This document shows, piece after piece, positions 18,046 to 27,403 of a stretch of DNA of 64,000 nucleotides. Numbering within the stretch: position 1 is the stretch's first letter; every line of letters starts with the position of its first letter. This DNA comes from a virus (lineage: Duplodnaviria > Caudoviricetes), in the IMG/VR virus record IMGVR_UViG_3300008954_002687, positions 1 through 64,000 of that record; one strand, written 5' to 3'. The notes beneath the pieces are model-generated. The model did not search any database, was not told the DNA's origin, and saw only the letters and a list, made by a program, of their open reading frames with translations. The position numbers and the translations under genes were made by a program.

Positions 18046-18140
18046 CGCTGTTCTGCTCGCTTTATAAGCAGGACGCGGTCGCCGGTGGTCACGCAGGCGA
18101 AGGTTGGCGACTTACCTAGTCATATGCAGAAAAGTCGTTA
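18046..18140 (+). ncRNA. Unidentified three-hairpin RNA directly 5' of tRNA-Asn
   Basis: Stems GTTCTGCT/AGCAGGAC, TCGCC/GGCGA and TGGCGACTT/AAGTCGTTA; GC-rich intergenic stretch. Confidence 0.45.
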
Positions 18141-18141
18141 T

Positions 18142-18218
18142 TGGGGTGAGGTCCTACAGGCAAGGACACCCGGTTGTTACCCGGGAGGTTACTGGTTCGA
18201 GTCCAGTCGCCCCAGCCA
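18142..18218 (+). tRNA. tRNA-Asn(GTT)
   Basis: Acceptor TGGGGTG/CGCCCCA, discriminator G, CCA encoded; anticodon arm CCCGG-TTGTTAC-CCGGG; T-arm ACTGG-TTCGAGT-CCAGT. Confidence 0.9.
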
Positions 18219-18222
18219 CTTC

Positions 18223-18298
<76 letters not shown>

Positions 18299-18301
18299 TT
18301 T

Positions 18302-18342
18302 AAAATCTTCGCCCTATCTATTATATGGGCGATAGGATTTTT
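18302..18342 (+). terminator. Hairpin after tRNA-Gly, possible terminator or processing signal
   Basis: AAAATC..CGCCC/GGGCG..GATTTT inverted repeat ending in a T-run. Confidence 0.45.
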
Positions 18343-18492
18343 CAAGCAATTTTATCAATGCTTTGCGCAGCACTGATGTACTTGTATCTTCTAAAAGTGT
18401 TTATCATTCCGCATAACACATCAGTATTTGAAATCGGAAAAAACATCGGCACTACTCATGAGTATGAAGATGTGACTGTTGTGCCACCTTAG
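18325..18492 (+). CDS. 55 aa membrane peptide (not in ORF track)
   Basis: MGDRIFQAILSMLCAALMYLYLLKVFIIPH...; stop lies inside the 5' end of tRNA-Thr. Confidence 0.4.
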   Translation: MGDRIFQAILSMLCAALMYLYLLKVFIIPHNTSVFEIGKNIGTTHEYEDVTVVPP

Positions 18493-18555
18493 CTCAGTTG
18501 GCAGAGCAACGGTTTTGTAAACCGTAGGTCGTCAGTTCAAGTCTGACAGGTGGCT
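18483..18555 (+). tRNA. tRNA-Thr(TGT), CCA not encoded
   Basis: GCCACCT/AGGTGGC acceptor, ACGGT-TTTGTAA-ACCGT anticodon arm, GTCAG-TTCAAGT-CTGAC T-arm. Confidence 0.92.
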
Positions 18556-18569
18556 CCCCCCTTATAGAT

Positions 18570-18875
18570 ATGTATAAAAAAAATGATATTGTCTTGATTA
18601 AATCTAGACACACTTTGGATATGCCCCCCATACATGTAAAATTAATAAAGAAGCATGTAGTCAAGCCTCGCAAGGGGAACTCTATGGACTGGCCAGGTTA
18701 TGTGGGGTGGGATGCCTGCTTGACAAAACCAGAAGAAGCTGCTATGCTAAGAAAGAATTGGTCGATACCGTATGAATTTCCAGACGATATCCAAACATTC
18801 GTCTTTGAAGACGAAATAATAAAGAAGGTGAAAAATGCCCGACCGAGAAAAAACAAGAAGAGAAAGATACAATGA
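18570..18875 (+). CDS. Small basic SH3-like hypothetical protein
   Basis: YKKNDIVLIK N-terminus; 101 aa. Confidence 0.6.
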   Translation: MYKKNDIVLIKSRHTLDMPPIHVKLIKKHVVKPRKGNSMDWPGYVGWDACLTKPEEAAMLRKNWSIPYEFPDDIQTFVFEDEIIKKVKNARPRKNKKRKIQ

Positions 18876-19404
18876 CAAAGAAAACAAAGCGAAGACTTAT
18901 CCTATTAGCCTTGTGTGTGTTAATTTCCAGCACGACGGTAACCTTGGGTTTCTTATACGAAGCGCTGCGTGCTTTGGCGCTAGCGCCGTCCACGTCATAG
19001 GATCAGTACCTGAACGTAAAATCTTAAACGCCCTATCCGGAACACTTTATGACTACATCAAAATTATACAGCATACTACACCGTCAGAGTTCTTGGCTTA
19101 TACACAAGATCACGAGCTTAAACTCGTTTCTGCAGAGATACACGAAGCTTCAACATCCATTGTTGATTATAGTTTCGATTTTTCTAGCACCGTGGCACTG
19201 GTGGTGGGTAACGAGCAGTCAGGTGTACCCGTAGAAATTTTAAATCGCAGCGATATCATTAACATACCAATGCCCGGCGTGGGATTTTGTTTGAACACTG
19301 CACAGACCGCCAACATCGTTCTATATGAAGCAGTAAAGAGATATGAGGCGCAACAACGATTTTATGAGCAGTGGATCGATGAAGTATCGATACATTTGCC
19401 ATAA
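18835..19404 (+). CDS. SpoU/TrmH family RNA 2'-O-methyltransferase
   Basis: GNLGFLIRSAACFG, VVGNEQSGV, INIPMPG..CLNTAQTANIVLYE (SPOUT motifs 1-3). Confidence 0.9.
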   Translation: MPDREKTRRERYNDKENKAKTYPISLVCVNFQHDGNLGFLIRSAACFGASAVHVIGSVPERKILNALSGTLYDYIKIIQHTTPSEFLAYTQDHELKLVSAEIHEASTSIVDYSFDFSSTVALVVGNEQSGVPVEILNRSDIINIPMPGVGFCLNTAQTANIVLYEAVKRYEAQQRFYEQWIDEVSIHLP

Positions 19405-19436
19405 TGCTCTATTTAATATAGCAAGAGCGGGTTTAC

Positions 19437-20771
19437 ATGGCTAAGCGAAATTATGTGCTTGATACTAGCGTTTGTTTAACGGACGCAAACGCAATTTTTA
19501 AATTTGGCAATCACGATATCTTTATCCCCCTCAAGGTGCTGGAAGAAGTCGATAGTCACAAAAAACGACAAGACTCAGTAGGCTCAAACGCCCGACAATT
19601 CATCAGATTCTTAGATGAATTTCGAGTTAAGGGTTCTTTAGAAAAAGGTGTTCGGATAGAGAAAGGCAAAGGCATTCTTAAGGTAGTATCCTATTCTATC
19701 CTTAAAGATGTTATATTCCCACCTGACTTAGATATTCGGCTGCCTGATCACACGATCATTGCAACAGCCAAAGCAATTCAAGCCGATTGTGAAAACCGAA
19801 AAACCACTGTAGTAAGTCGCGATATCAATATGCGCGTGATCTGCGATTCAATTGGCATCCAAGCCGAAGAATACATTTCTGAGAACGCCGTAACTTCATC
19901 TGAAGAATTATATAACGGCTTTATCGTTGAAACGTTTGATGATGAGATTATTGATCGCTATTATGACGGCGAAGATATCACGATAAGCGAAGATGAAATT
20001 GGTTCTCGATGGCATCCAAATCAATATATCTTAATGATTTCCAATGCCAATGAGAAGAAGTCCGCCTTAGCGCGCTTTGTGAACCATCACACGCCCTTGA
20101 AAAACATTCTTCACAAGAACATAGTAGACTGGAAAATTGACGCAAGGAACAAGGAGCAGGCGTTTGCAATCGACATGCTAATGGATCCCGATATTAAGAT
20201 TGTGTCACTGGTTGGGCGAGCAGGTTCTGGTAAAACCCTGTTAGCAATTGCAGCGGGGTTGCAACAGACAATTGGACTTCGCGCTGAAAACAATCATTAT
20301 TCCCGCTTGATTGTCTCGCGCCCAGTGCAGCCCCTCGGTAAAGATATTGGCTTTCTCCCGGGTTCAATGGAAGAGAAAATGATGCCATGGCTTATGCCAA
20401 TTCAAGATAATCTAAAATTTCTAATGGGGGACAGGTCCTCGTTAGAAATGTATATTGAAAAAGGTAAAATTGAAGTCGAGGCTCTCACTTATATTCGCGG
20501 TCGTTCAATATCAAATGCTTTCATTGTGATTGATGAAGCACAGAATTTAACAAAACACGAAATTAAGACTATAATTACTCGTATCGGGGAAGGAACGAAA
20601 ATTGTTTTAACGGGCGATATCGAACAGATTGACAATGTATATGTCAATGAGACATCGAATGGTCTCGCGCATGCAATCGAAAAATTTAAAGAGTTCCCAA
20701 TTGCTGGGCACATGACCTTTAAAAAAGGCGAACGCTCTGAATTGGCAACGATTGCATCAAAAGTACTATAA
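19437..20771 (+). CDS. phoH: PIN-PhoH (PhoH2/YlaK-like) protein
   Basis: PIN YVLDTSV..EEVD..SRDINMR; Walker A GRAGSGKT; IGFLPG, YIRGRS, DEAQN, TRIG, GDIEQID. Confidence 0.92.
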   Translation: MAKRNYVLDTSVCLTDANAIFKFGNHDIFIPLKVLEEVDSHKKRQDSVGSNARQFIRFLDEFRVKGSLEKGVRIEKGKGILKVVSYSILKDVIFPPDLDIRLPDHTIIATAKAIQADCENRKTTVVSRDINMRVICDSIGIQAEEYISENAVTSSEELYNGFIVETFDDEIIDRYYDGEDITISEDEIGSRWHPNQYILMISNANEKKSALARFVNHHTPLKNILHKNIVDWKIDARNKEQAFAIDMLMDPDIKIVSLVGRAGSGKTLLAIAAGLQQTIGLRAENNHYSRLIVSRPVQPLGKDIGFLPGSMEEKMMPWLMPIQDNLKFLMGDRSSLEMYIEKGKIEVEALTYIRGRSISNAFIVIDEAQNLTKHEIKTIITRIGEGTKIVLTGDIEQIDNVYVNETSNGLAHAIEKFKEFPIAGHMTFKKGERSELATIASKVL

Positions 20772-20812
20772 TTAATAATTAAATCATGTTATAAATAACT
20801 AAAGGAGATGAT

Positions 20813-21118
20813 ATGAATCAAGAAACAGAAAAAGTCATTACAGAAGAGGAAGTACACGAAAATCCCATGCTGGCAATGACATTTGGACCCAACGAAGAAT
20901 CGGAATTAAAAACATTTATGGTAAACTATGCCGGCTCTAAAATGGAACAAGAAGAAGTCACAGTCAGTATGATTGCTGAAGTTCTGGCAGCAGAATTTCC
21001 TGAGTTTGTGTTTGCAGTGGCAGAAGAGAATTTTCTCAGAGGATATCAATTAGGATTAGATGATGCATATAAAACTATTGCAGGAAAACCAGAAGAAACT
21101 ACAGCAGCCAAACTCTGA
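20813..21118 (+). CDS. Hypothetical phage protein
   Basis: AAGGAG RBS; LAAEFPEF..AEENFLRGY. Confidence 0.7.
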   Translation: MNQETEKVITEEEVHENPMLAMTFGPNEESELKTFMVNYAGSKMEQEEVTVSMIAEVLAAEFPEFVFAVAEENFLRGYQLGLDDAYKTIAGKPEETTAAKL

Positions 21119-21767
21119 TTTTTACACATCCAGTGGGCTTCATGTTTATATTAAAGATCCCCTTATTGACGCGTCAATAAATATCGAAAGAGTAGTTAAT
21201 AAAGTAGAGAACACACTTCCGCATGCGATGCTTTCTGAAGTAGAGATGGTGATTGTGGGTGATTTCGATGATTTCGAAGATCGCAATATTAACGCTGCTT
21301 ACAAAGACGGCGCCCTATACATTTCGAATGTTCAAACAGACGAAGAAGATATGATTGATGATATAATCCACGAAGTGGCTCACTCGCTGGAGGGTCCATA
21401 TGGGTACGAAATCTATGGAGATCAAAAAATTAAGGCAGAGTTTCTACAAAAACGCGCCCGCCTTCACGACATATTGTGGGCTGAAGGCTTTAAAGCGCCA
21501 AAATCTTTCTTTAAAGACGTAGAATACGATAAAAAGTTCGACGATTTCTTATTGAAAAAGGTGGGCTATGATAAGTTAAGACAATACTGCCTTGGGTTGT
21601 TCATCAATGCATACGCCCCGACGTCGCTACGAGAGTATTTCGCGACGGCGTTCACAGATTTCTATATTGAACCTAACGGGCATGCATATCTGAAGAAGAT
21701 CAGCCCAGAAGCATATAAAAAAATATTTGAACTTTATGAGCAAGAAAAACTTGACACCCCGTACTGA
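21060..21767 (+). CDS. Zn-dependent peptidase-like protein (HExxH...EYFA)
   Basis: IIHEVAHSLE and SLREYFA, a lethal-factor/MtfA-like pattern. Confidence 0.65.
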   Translation: MMHIKLLQENQKKLQQPNSDFYTSSGLHVYIKDPLIDASINIERVVNKVENTLPHAMLSEVEMVIVGDFDDFEDRNINAAYKDGALYISNVQTDEEDMIDDIIHEVAHSLEGPYGYEIYGDQKIKAEFLQKRARLHDILWAEGFKAPKSFFKDVEYDKKFDDFLLKKVGYDKLRQYCLGLFINAYAPTSLREYFATAFTDFYIEPNGHAYLKKISPEAYKKIFELYEQEKLDTPY

Positions 21768-21779
21768 AGGGGTTATAAT
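21751..21779 (+). promoter_or_regulatory. Consensus sigma70 promoter
   Basis: TTGACA-17 nt-TATAAT, then AGGAGG RBS before 21808. Confidence 0.85.
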
Positions 21780-21807
21780 ATAAAGTGAACTATGTTAAGG
21801 AGGGCAC

Positions 21808-22578
21808 ATGCCTCATATTTCTTACTCTGAACTTAAGGACTGGGTGCATTGCGCATTCTACCACAAACTAACTCGTATCGATGGAATCGATGGATTTAAA
21901 GGCAACGCATACACCGCATTTGGAACCGCCATGCATTCTGTATGCGAAAAGAAGTTGCTTCAAGAAGAAGTGGACGATGATTTTTTCATTCAAGAATTCG
22001 AAGATTGTTTAGAAAAACTAGACGATGACGTCAAAATTGATAACAATCTTGTCGAACAAATGCGGTCGCAAGGAAAACAGATTATTCCTGAAATTGAAGA
22101 AGCTTTAAACGAATATTTTGAAGAATATGAAGTGTTGGCGGTGGAGATGCCGCTTTATGAACCAATTGAAGGCGAAGAAGAATACAAGTTTAAGGGATAT
22201 ATCGATGCAATCGTCGCGACCCCCGATGGGAAGGTCCACATTTTTGATTGGAAAACCTGCTCTTGGGGTTGGGATTCTCGCAAGAAAAGCGACAAGATGG
22301 TGACATATCAGCTTACGCTGTACAAACACTTCTTTTGCCAGAAAATGGGTGTAGATCCAAAGAATGTAGAAACACATTTCGCACTACTTAAAAGAACAGC
22401 AAAGAAAAATCGTGTTGAGTTCTTCCGTGTTACATCTGGAGAACAAAAAACAATGAATGCTTTAAAAACTTTAAATATGGCGCTATACAATATTAAGAAA
22501 AAGCGGTATATTAAGAACAAGTTATCCTGCACAGCGGGATACGGGTGTAAATTTTATAGGACAGAACACTGTCCGTGA
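21808..22578 (+). CDS. PD-(D/E)XK (Cas4/RecB-like) exonuclease
   Basis: ISYS, C, FGTAMH, E, GYID, IFDWKT, QLTLY and a C-terminal Cys cluster. Confidence 0.88.
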   Translation: MPHISYSELKDWVHCAFYHKLTRIDGIDGFKGNAYTAFGTAMHSVCEKKLLQEEVDDDFFIQEFEDCLEKLDDDVKIDNNLVEQMRSQGKQIIPEIEEALNEYFEEYEVLAVEMPLYEPIEGEEEYKFKGYIDAIVATPDGKVHIFDWKTCSWGWDSRKKSDKMVTYQLTLYKHFFCQKMGVDPKNVETHFALLKRTAKKNRVEFFRVTSGEQKTMNALKTLNMALYNIKKKRYIKNKLSCTAGYGCKFYRTEHCP

Positions 22579-22585
22579 GGAATAA

Positions 22586-23863
22586 ATGACAAAAAAGAAG
22601 ATTTTGGTCCTTTCTGACCATCCGCTTTCGCCCTCGGGCGTCGGCACTCAAACCAAGTATTTTATTGAGACAATGCTAAAAACCGGCAGATACAAGTTTG
22701 TTTGTTTGGGCGGCGCAATGAAACACGATAATTATGAGCCCACTTCTGTTGAGCCATATGGCACCGACTGGGTGATCTATCCCGTCGACGGCTATGGGAC
22801 CGAAGAAGCAATCCGCTCAGTGTTGCAGCAAGAGAAGCCAGATCTTCTGTGGTTTATGACCGATCCGCGTTTTTATGGTTGGCTGTGGGAAATGGAAAAC
22901 GAAGTACGTGCCGTATGTCCCATGGTCTATTACCATGTCTGGGATAATCATCCAGCGCCGATGTTCAATGGTGATTTCTATAGGTCTACCGACGAAGTAG
23001 TCTGTATCTCAAAGGTTACCCATGATATAGTTCAGAAGGTTGCGCCGACAGTATCCTCTCGCTATCTTCCCCATGCTGTGAATTCAGACATATTCAAAAA
23101 ACTTAAAGACCCTGAAAGCATGCAAAAAATAGCAGATGTTCGCAAACAAGTTCTTGGAGAAGGAAAGACAACTCAAGATAAGACATTGTTTTTTTGGAAC
23201 AACCGAAATGCTCGCCGAAAGCAGAGCGGCACTATTATTTGGTGGTTCAAGGAATTTTTAGACGAGGTGGGGCACGACAAAGCAACGTTGCTCATGCACA
23301 CAGACGCTAGGGATCCCCATGGGCAAGATCTCCCTCACCTAATCGATCATTTAGGTATTAATGAGGGTCAAGTGCTTTTGTCCACACAGAAAGTAGCACC
23401 AGAAGAGTTAGCAGTGTTTTACAATGTAGCAGATTATACCATCAACATCGCGGATGCGGAGGGGTTTGGTCTAGCTACTCTTGAGTCTCTTTCCTGCGGT
23501 ACGCCAATCATTGTTAATATGACAGGCGGCTTGCAAGAACAGGTTACAAACGGGAAAGACTGGTTTGGCTGGGGGATCCAGCCCTCAAGTAAAGCAATTA
23601 TTGGTTCCCTACAGGTACCCTATATCTATGAAGACCGCATGAATCAGGGAGAATTTACAGACACCCTAAAGAAAGCTTTAAATGCTAGCAAAAAAGCATA
23701 TAAGAAAATGTCTATTCAAGGAATGGCGCACGTGAGAGAAAACTATAGTTTTGAAAGCTTCCAAAAAAATTGGATTGAAACAATTGATGAAGTAATTGAG
23801 AAGCACGGCTCATGGGACACTCGCAAAAATCATAAAACATGGCAACTGTTGGAGGTGGCATAA
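22586..23863 (+). CDS. GT-B (GT4-like) glycosyltransferase
   Basis: SGVGTQ, NRNARRKQ, AEGFGLATLESLSCGTPII..TGGLQEQ. Confidence 0.9.
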   Translation: MTKKKILVLSDHPLSPSGVGTQTKYFIETMLKTGRYKFVCLGGAMKHDNYEPTSVEPYGTDWVIYPVDGYGTEEAIRSVLQQEKPDLLWFMTDPRFYGWLWEMENEVRAVCPMVYYHVWDNHPAPMFNGDFYRSTDEVVCISKVTHDIVQKVAPTVSSRYLPHAVNSDIFKKLKDPESMQKIADVRKQVLGEGKTTQDKTLFFWNNRNARRKQSGTIIWWFKEFLDEVGHDKATLLMHTDARDPHGQDLPHLIDHLGINEGQVLLSTQKVAPEELAVFYNVADYTINIADAEGFGLATLESLSCGTPIIVNMTGGLQEQVTNGKDWFGWGIQPSSKAIIGSLQVPYIYEDRMNQGEFTDTLKKALNASKKAYKKMSIQGMAHVRENYSFESFQKNWIETIDEVIEKHGSWDTRKNHKTWQLLEVA

Positions 23864-25128
23864 TGAAGAAGAAAATTTTACTAAAAGGACCGCTATTAAC
23901 GCGTTCTGGCTACGGCGAGCAAGCTCGCTTTGCTCTACGGTCTTTAAGATCTAGAGAAGATCTGTTTGATATTTTTATCGAGCCTTTGAACTGGGGTAAA
24001 ACCTCATGGATTAGTGAAGCCAGCGAAGAAAGGAAATGGATTGACACGACCGTCCATAAAACGATAGCTCACCTCCAAAGCGGCGCCCAATTTGACATGT
24101 CCCTGCAAGTTACTATCCCCAATGAATGGGAGAAATTAGCACCTGTTAACATTGGTTACACTGCCGGTATTGAAACAAATCGGATTGCTCCCTTATGGGC
24201 TGATAAAGCCAACATAATGGATAGAGTAATTGTGGTTTCGGAGCACTCGAAAACTGGATTCAAGGAAACCGTACACCACGGCACGGACACTCGTACTGGA
24301 CAGCCTGCAATGCTACAGGTCTCCCCCGATAAGGAAATAGAGGTTGTTAATTATCCGGTTAAAAAGTACAAAAAGCTACCTAAACTAGATTTAGAGTTAA
24401 CAACCAAGTTTAATTTTCTGTGTGTCGCCCAATTTGGTCCAAGAAAAAACTTAGAAAACACACTTAAATGGTTTTTAGAAGAATTTCATGATGATGAAGA
24501 TGTAGGGTTTGTCCTTAAAACAAATATCGCTCGCAATTGTTTAATAGATCGTAACCGATTGTATCGAGACTTGCAAGCAACCATGCGCAATAGCTTTCCT
24601 GATCGAAAGTGTAAGATATACCTATTACACGGAGATATGACCGATCAAGAGATGCATGCCCTCTACAAGCACCCCGACATGAGCGCATTTGTGCTCCTCA
24701 CTCACGGCGAAGGCTTTGGTCTTCCGCTCTTCGAAGCAGCCTATAGTGGGCTTCCAGTGGTTACAGTTGGTTGGTCTGGACAAATGGATTTCCTTTGCGA
24801 CGAAAACGATAAAGAACATTTCTATAATGTAGGATATGACGTTCAACCAGTACCTCAAGAAGTGGTGTGGGACGGGGTGATCATCGCCGAGTCTATGTGG
24901 GCGAATGCTCGCGAGAAGTCCGCTAAAAAGAAAATGAGGCTTTGTTATAATGATTTCACTGGCGAAGACAGCAAGAAACACAAAGCAGCATGTACCAAAT
25001 ATGCCAAACAACTAGAAAAGAGATTTGCTGCAGAAAAACTTTATGAGCAGTTTGTATCAAACGTATATCAACCTGATGAAGAAGTCGAAGAATGGCTATC
25101 TGAGTTAGAAGAAATGGTTAATGTCTAA
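23863..25128 (+). CDS. GT-B (GT4-like) glycosyltransferase
   Basis: RSGYGEQAR, PRKN, HGEGFGLPLFEAAYSGLPVV; ATG overlaps the upstream stop. Confidence 0.9.
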   Translation: MKKKILLKGPLLTRSGYGEQARFALRSLRSREDLFDIFIEPLNWGKTSWISEASEERKWIDTTVHKTIAHLQSGAQFDMSLQVTIPNEWEKLAPVNIGYTAGIETNRIAPLWADKANIMDRVIVVSEHSKTGFKETVHHGTDTRTGQPAMLQVSPDKEIEVVNYPVKKYKKLPKLDLELTTKFNFLCVAQFGPRKNLENTLKWFLEEFHDDEDVGFVLKTNIARNCLIDRNRLYRDLQATMRNSFPDRKCKIYLLHGDMTDQEMHALYKHPDMSAFVLLTHGEGFGLPLFEAAYSGLPVVTVGWSGQMDFLCDENDKEHFYNVGYDVQPVPQEVVWDGVIIAESMWANAREKSAKKKMRLCYNDFTGEDSKKHKAACTKYAKQLEKRFAAEKLYEQFVSNVYQPDEEVEEWLSELEEMVNV

Positions 25129-25975
25129 TAAGTTCTATTTGGTTGCTGATTTTTTCTATAAAGACTTTACCGGAGGAGCAGAACTCAATGATTTCTCGCT
25201 CCTCCAGCAGTTTAAGGAAAGAGATATCTCAGTTGAAGAGATGTATTGCCGCGACGTAACTCCCGAGTTTCTGAGTGAGAACTCAGATGCTAATTTTATA
25301 GTGGCAAACTTTGTCGCATTATCACCGCAGAGCAAGCAGCATATGATGGAAAATAATCGGTATGTGATATACGAACATGATCACAAGTATTTGCAGAAGC
25401 GTAACCCGATATTCTATAAGAATTTTACAGCGCCTAAAAGTGAATTGGCAAATATAGAGTTTTTCGCCAAAGCCCGCGCCACCATCTGCCTCACTCAGTT
25501 GGCTCTAGACGTTTTTAAAAAGAACACTGGCTTAGAGAATGTAGACAAAATTGGTGCTAGCGTTTGGCGAGACGAAGACCTTGATTACCTTGTAGAATTG
25601 AATACTCAACCAGAGAAGAATGGACTAGCGGCGATTATGGATTCGTCTAATCCCATCAAGAAGAAGTTCCAATGCGTGGAATTTTGTGAGAAAAAAGAAA
25701 TCCCATATGAGCTAATATCTGACCGCGACCACCGCAACTTTCTAAAGAAGCTCTCAGCTTATGAGAAACTTGTCTTTATGACAGGACACTTAGAAACCTG
25801 TTGCAGAATCATCGTTGAAGCAAAAATGCTTAACTGCGAAGTGTTGACACAAAAGGCACTTATTGGCGCATGTTCGGAAGACTGGTTTAAATTAAATGGA
25901 TTACAATTGATAGAAGAGATTAGAAAAGTGTCTAAAAACTCAGTCGATGTCTTTTTGAGGTATTTTGATGAATAA
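25121..25975 (+). CDS. Divergent glycosyltransferase
   Basis: GGAEL N-terminal motif; ETCCRIIVEAKMLNC (EX7E-like). Confidence 0.7.
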   Translation: MSNKFYLVADFFYKDFTGGAELNDFSLLQQFKERDISVEEMYCRDVTPEFLSENSDANFIVANFVALSPQSKQHMMENNRYVIYEHDHKYLQKRNPIFYKNFTAPKSELANIEFFAKARATICLTQLALDVFKKNTGLENVDKIGASVWRDEDLDYLVELNTQPEKNGLAAIMDSSNPIKKKFQCVEFCEKKEIPYELISDRDHRNFLKKLSAYEKLVFMTGHLETCCRIIVEAKMLNCEVLTQKALIGACSEDWFKLNGLQLIEEIRKVSKNSVDVFLRYFDE

Positions 25976-26735
25976 AGTATTATTTGTGGTAGCTCACCCA
26001 GACGACGAAAGCCTGTGGGCTGGTGGCACTCTTTCGGGACTGTCACAATTTGAAAATATCGAAACCTATGTTATGTGTATCACAGGTCGCGACGATGAGC
26101 ATCGTTGTGATGAATTTAAAAAGGCGATGGAAATCGCAAAACCAACAGCACATGCCATCATGGGACATGATTTGCCCAAAAAGGGCGGTATCGCATTAGA
26201 AGAGATTCCTCAATTTTTCAACGACGGACTGAAAGAGCTTGGTCTTGAAATTGGTGAGATAGATTTGGTGATTACACACCCTCACTATGGCGACGAGCAT
26301 ACGCACATGAACCACATGCAATTATTCTACACCATGCGAGAGATCACAGCACAGCACCAAGTCCCTTTTGCATGCTTTTCGTTTATGCCGATCCCGTATG
26401 TGAAGCTTTGCCCCATACTGCCAGATGCACGCCGAGACAAAGGGCTTCATTTAATATCGATAGCAAAATGCGAGCTTGAGGCTCACAAGCTAACTGAGAG
26501 ATTATCTCAAACACCGCCGCGCTTCTTTGTTCAACTTAAAGTTGACGAAGCCACTAAGAAAGAAATGCTGAATTGTTATCAGTCTATCAATACTGAACAA
26601 CACCAGAAGGGATACAGCGCATGGGACAGCTACATTGAAAACTTTTATATTTTTGATGAGAAGGGTCTCAAGCCTTTTATCGATGTGTATAGCGCCATGA
26701 ATCGCCCGTATGCCAACGGCGCGTGTATTTTTTAG
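25965..26735 (+). CDS. PIG-L/LmbE family N-deacetylase
   Basis: VAHPDDE, ITHPHYGDE, HMNH. Confidence 0.85.
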   Translation: MMNKVLFVVAHPDDESLWAGGTLSGLSQFENIETYVMCITGRDDEHRCDEFKKAMEIAKPTAHAIMGHDLPKKGGIALEEIPQFFNDGLKELGLEIGEIDLVITHPHYGDEHTHMNHMQLFYTMREITAQHQVPFACFSFMPIPYVKLCPILPDARRDKGLHLISIAKCELEAHKLTERLSQTPPRFFVQLKVDEATKKEMLNCYQSINTEQHQKGYSAWDSYIENFYIFDEKGLKPFIDVYSAMNRPYANGACIF

Positions 26736-26743
26736 GAAAAACA

Positions 26744-27403
26744 ATGTCAATTGAAATAGCAGACTTTGAGTTAATAAATCATATTCGTGATTTTGATCCT
26801 GCCGGCAATTCATGCGCAATATTGGGAGACTGCAAACACCACTATCCTCCAAGCCGCGAAGCTTTTGCAACAGCCGCAAAATTCGAAACCATTGAAACAT
26901 TTGATATTAATGGAGATCCGACACATTTGATTGACTTAAACAACGATGTACCGGAAGAGTTTCACAACAAATACGATTGGGTAATTGATTCTGGTACGCT
27001 ATACTGTTGCTTTGACGTTGCAACCGTCTTTAAAAACATTATGAAAATGGTTAAGGTCGGTGGCTATGTGTTACACACAGGAAATTTGACCGGCTTCTAC
27101 GGTCGTGGATATTATTCACTTAGTCCAGCACTTTACTCAGAGATTTATCCGATTAATGGATTTGAAGTAAAGCTGATTGGGACACACACAAAGAAAAATA
27201 GAAACAGGTGGCAAATCATGCGCCCCGGGAACACATACTTGCAAGCTGCCGATGAAAATGAATTAATCTTTACATCCGAAAGCTCCCCATTCGTCCCAAT
27301 GATCCCCAACGATTCCATGATTTGCTGTCTCGCTAAAAAACTTGAAGAAAAAGAATTCACAAAGCCTGTGCCCGAACACTTTATTAAAACGGATGGCAGG
27401 TGA
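26744..27403 (+). CDS. SAM-dependent methyltransferase-like protein
   Basis: IDLN...YDWVIDSGTLYCCFD...KMVKVGG...GYYSLSP. Confidence 0.7.
   Translation: MSIEIADFELINHIRDFDPAGNSCAILGDCKHHYPPSREAFATAAKFETIETFDINGDPTHLIDLNNDVPEEFHNKYDWVIDSGTLYCCFDVATVFKNIMKMVKVGGYVLHTGNLTGFYGRGYYSLSPALYSEIYPINGFEVKLIGTHTKKNRNRWQIMRPGNTYLQAADENELIFTSESSPFVPMIPNDSMICCLAKKLEEKEFTKPVPEHFIKTDGR

Noticed and set aside
21808-22578. Cas4-like nuclease suggesting a CRISPR system
   Set aside because: No repeat-spacer array or other cas genes seen; solo PD-(D/E)XK nucleases are common in phages
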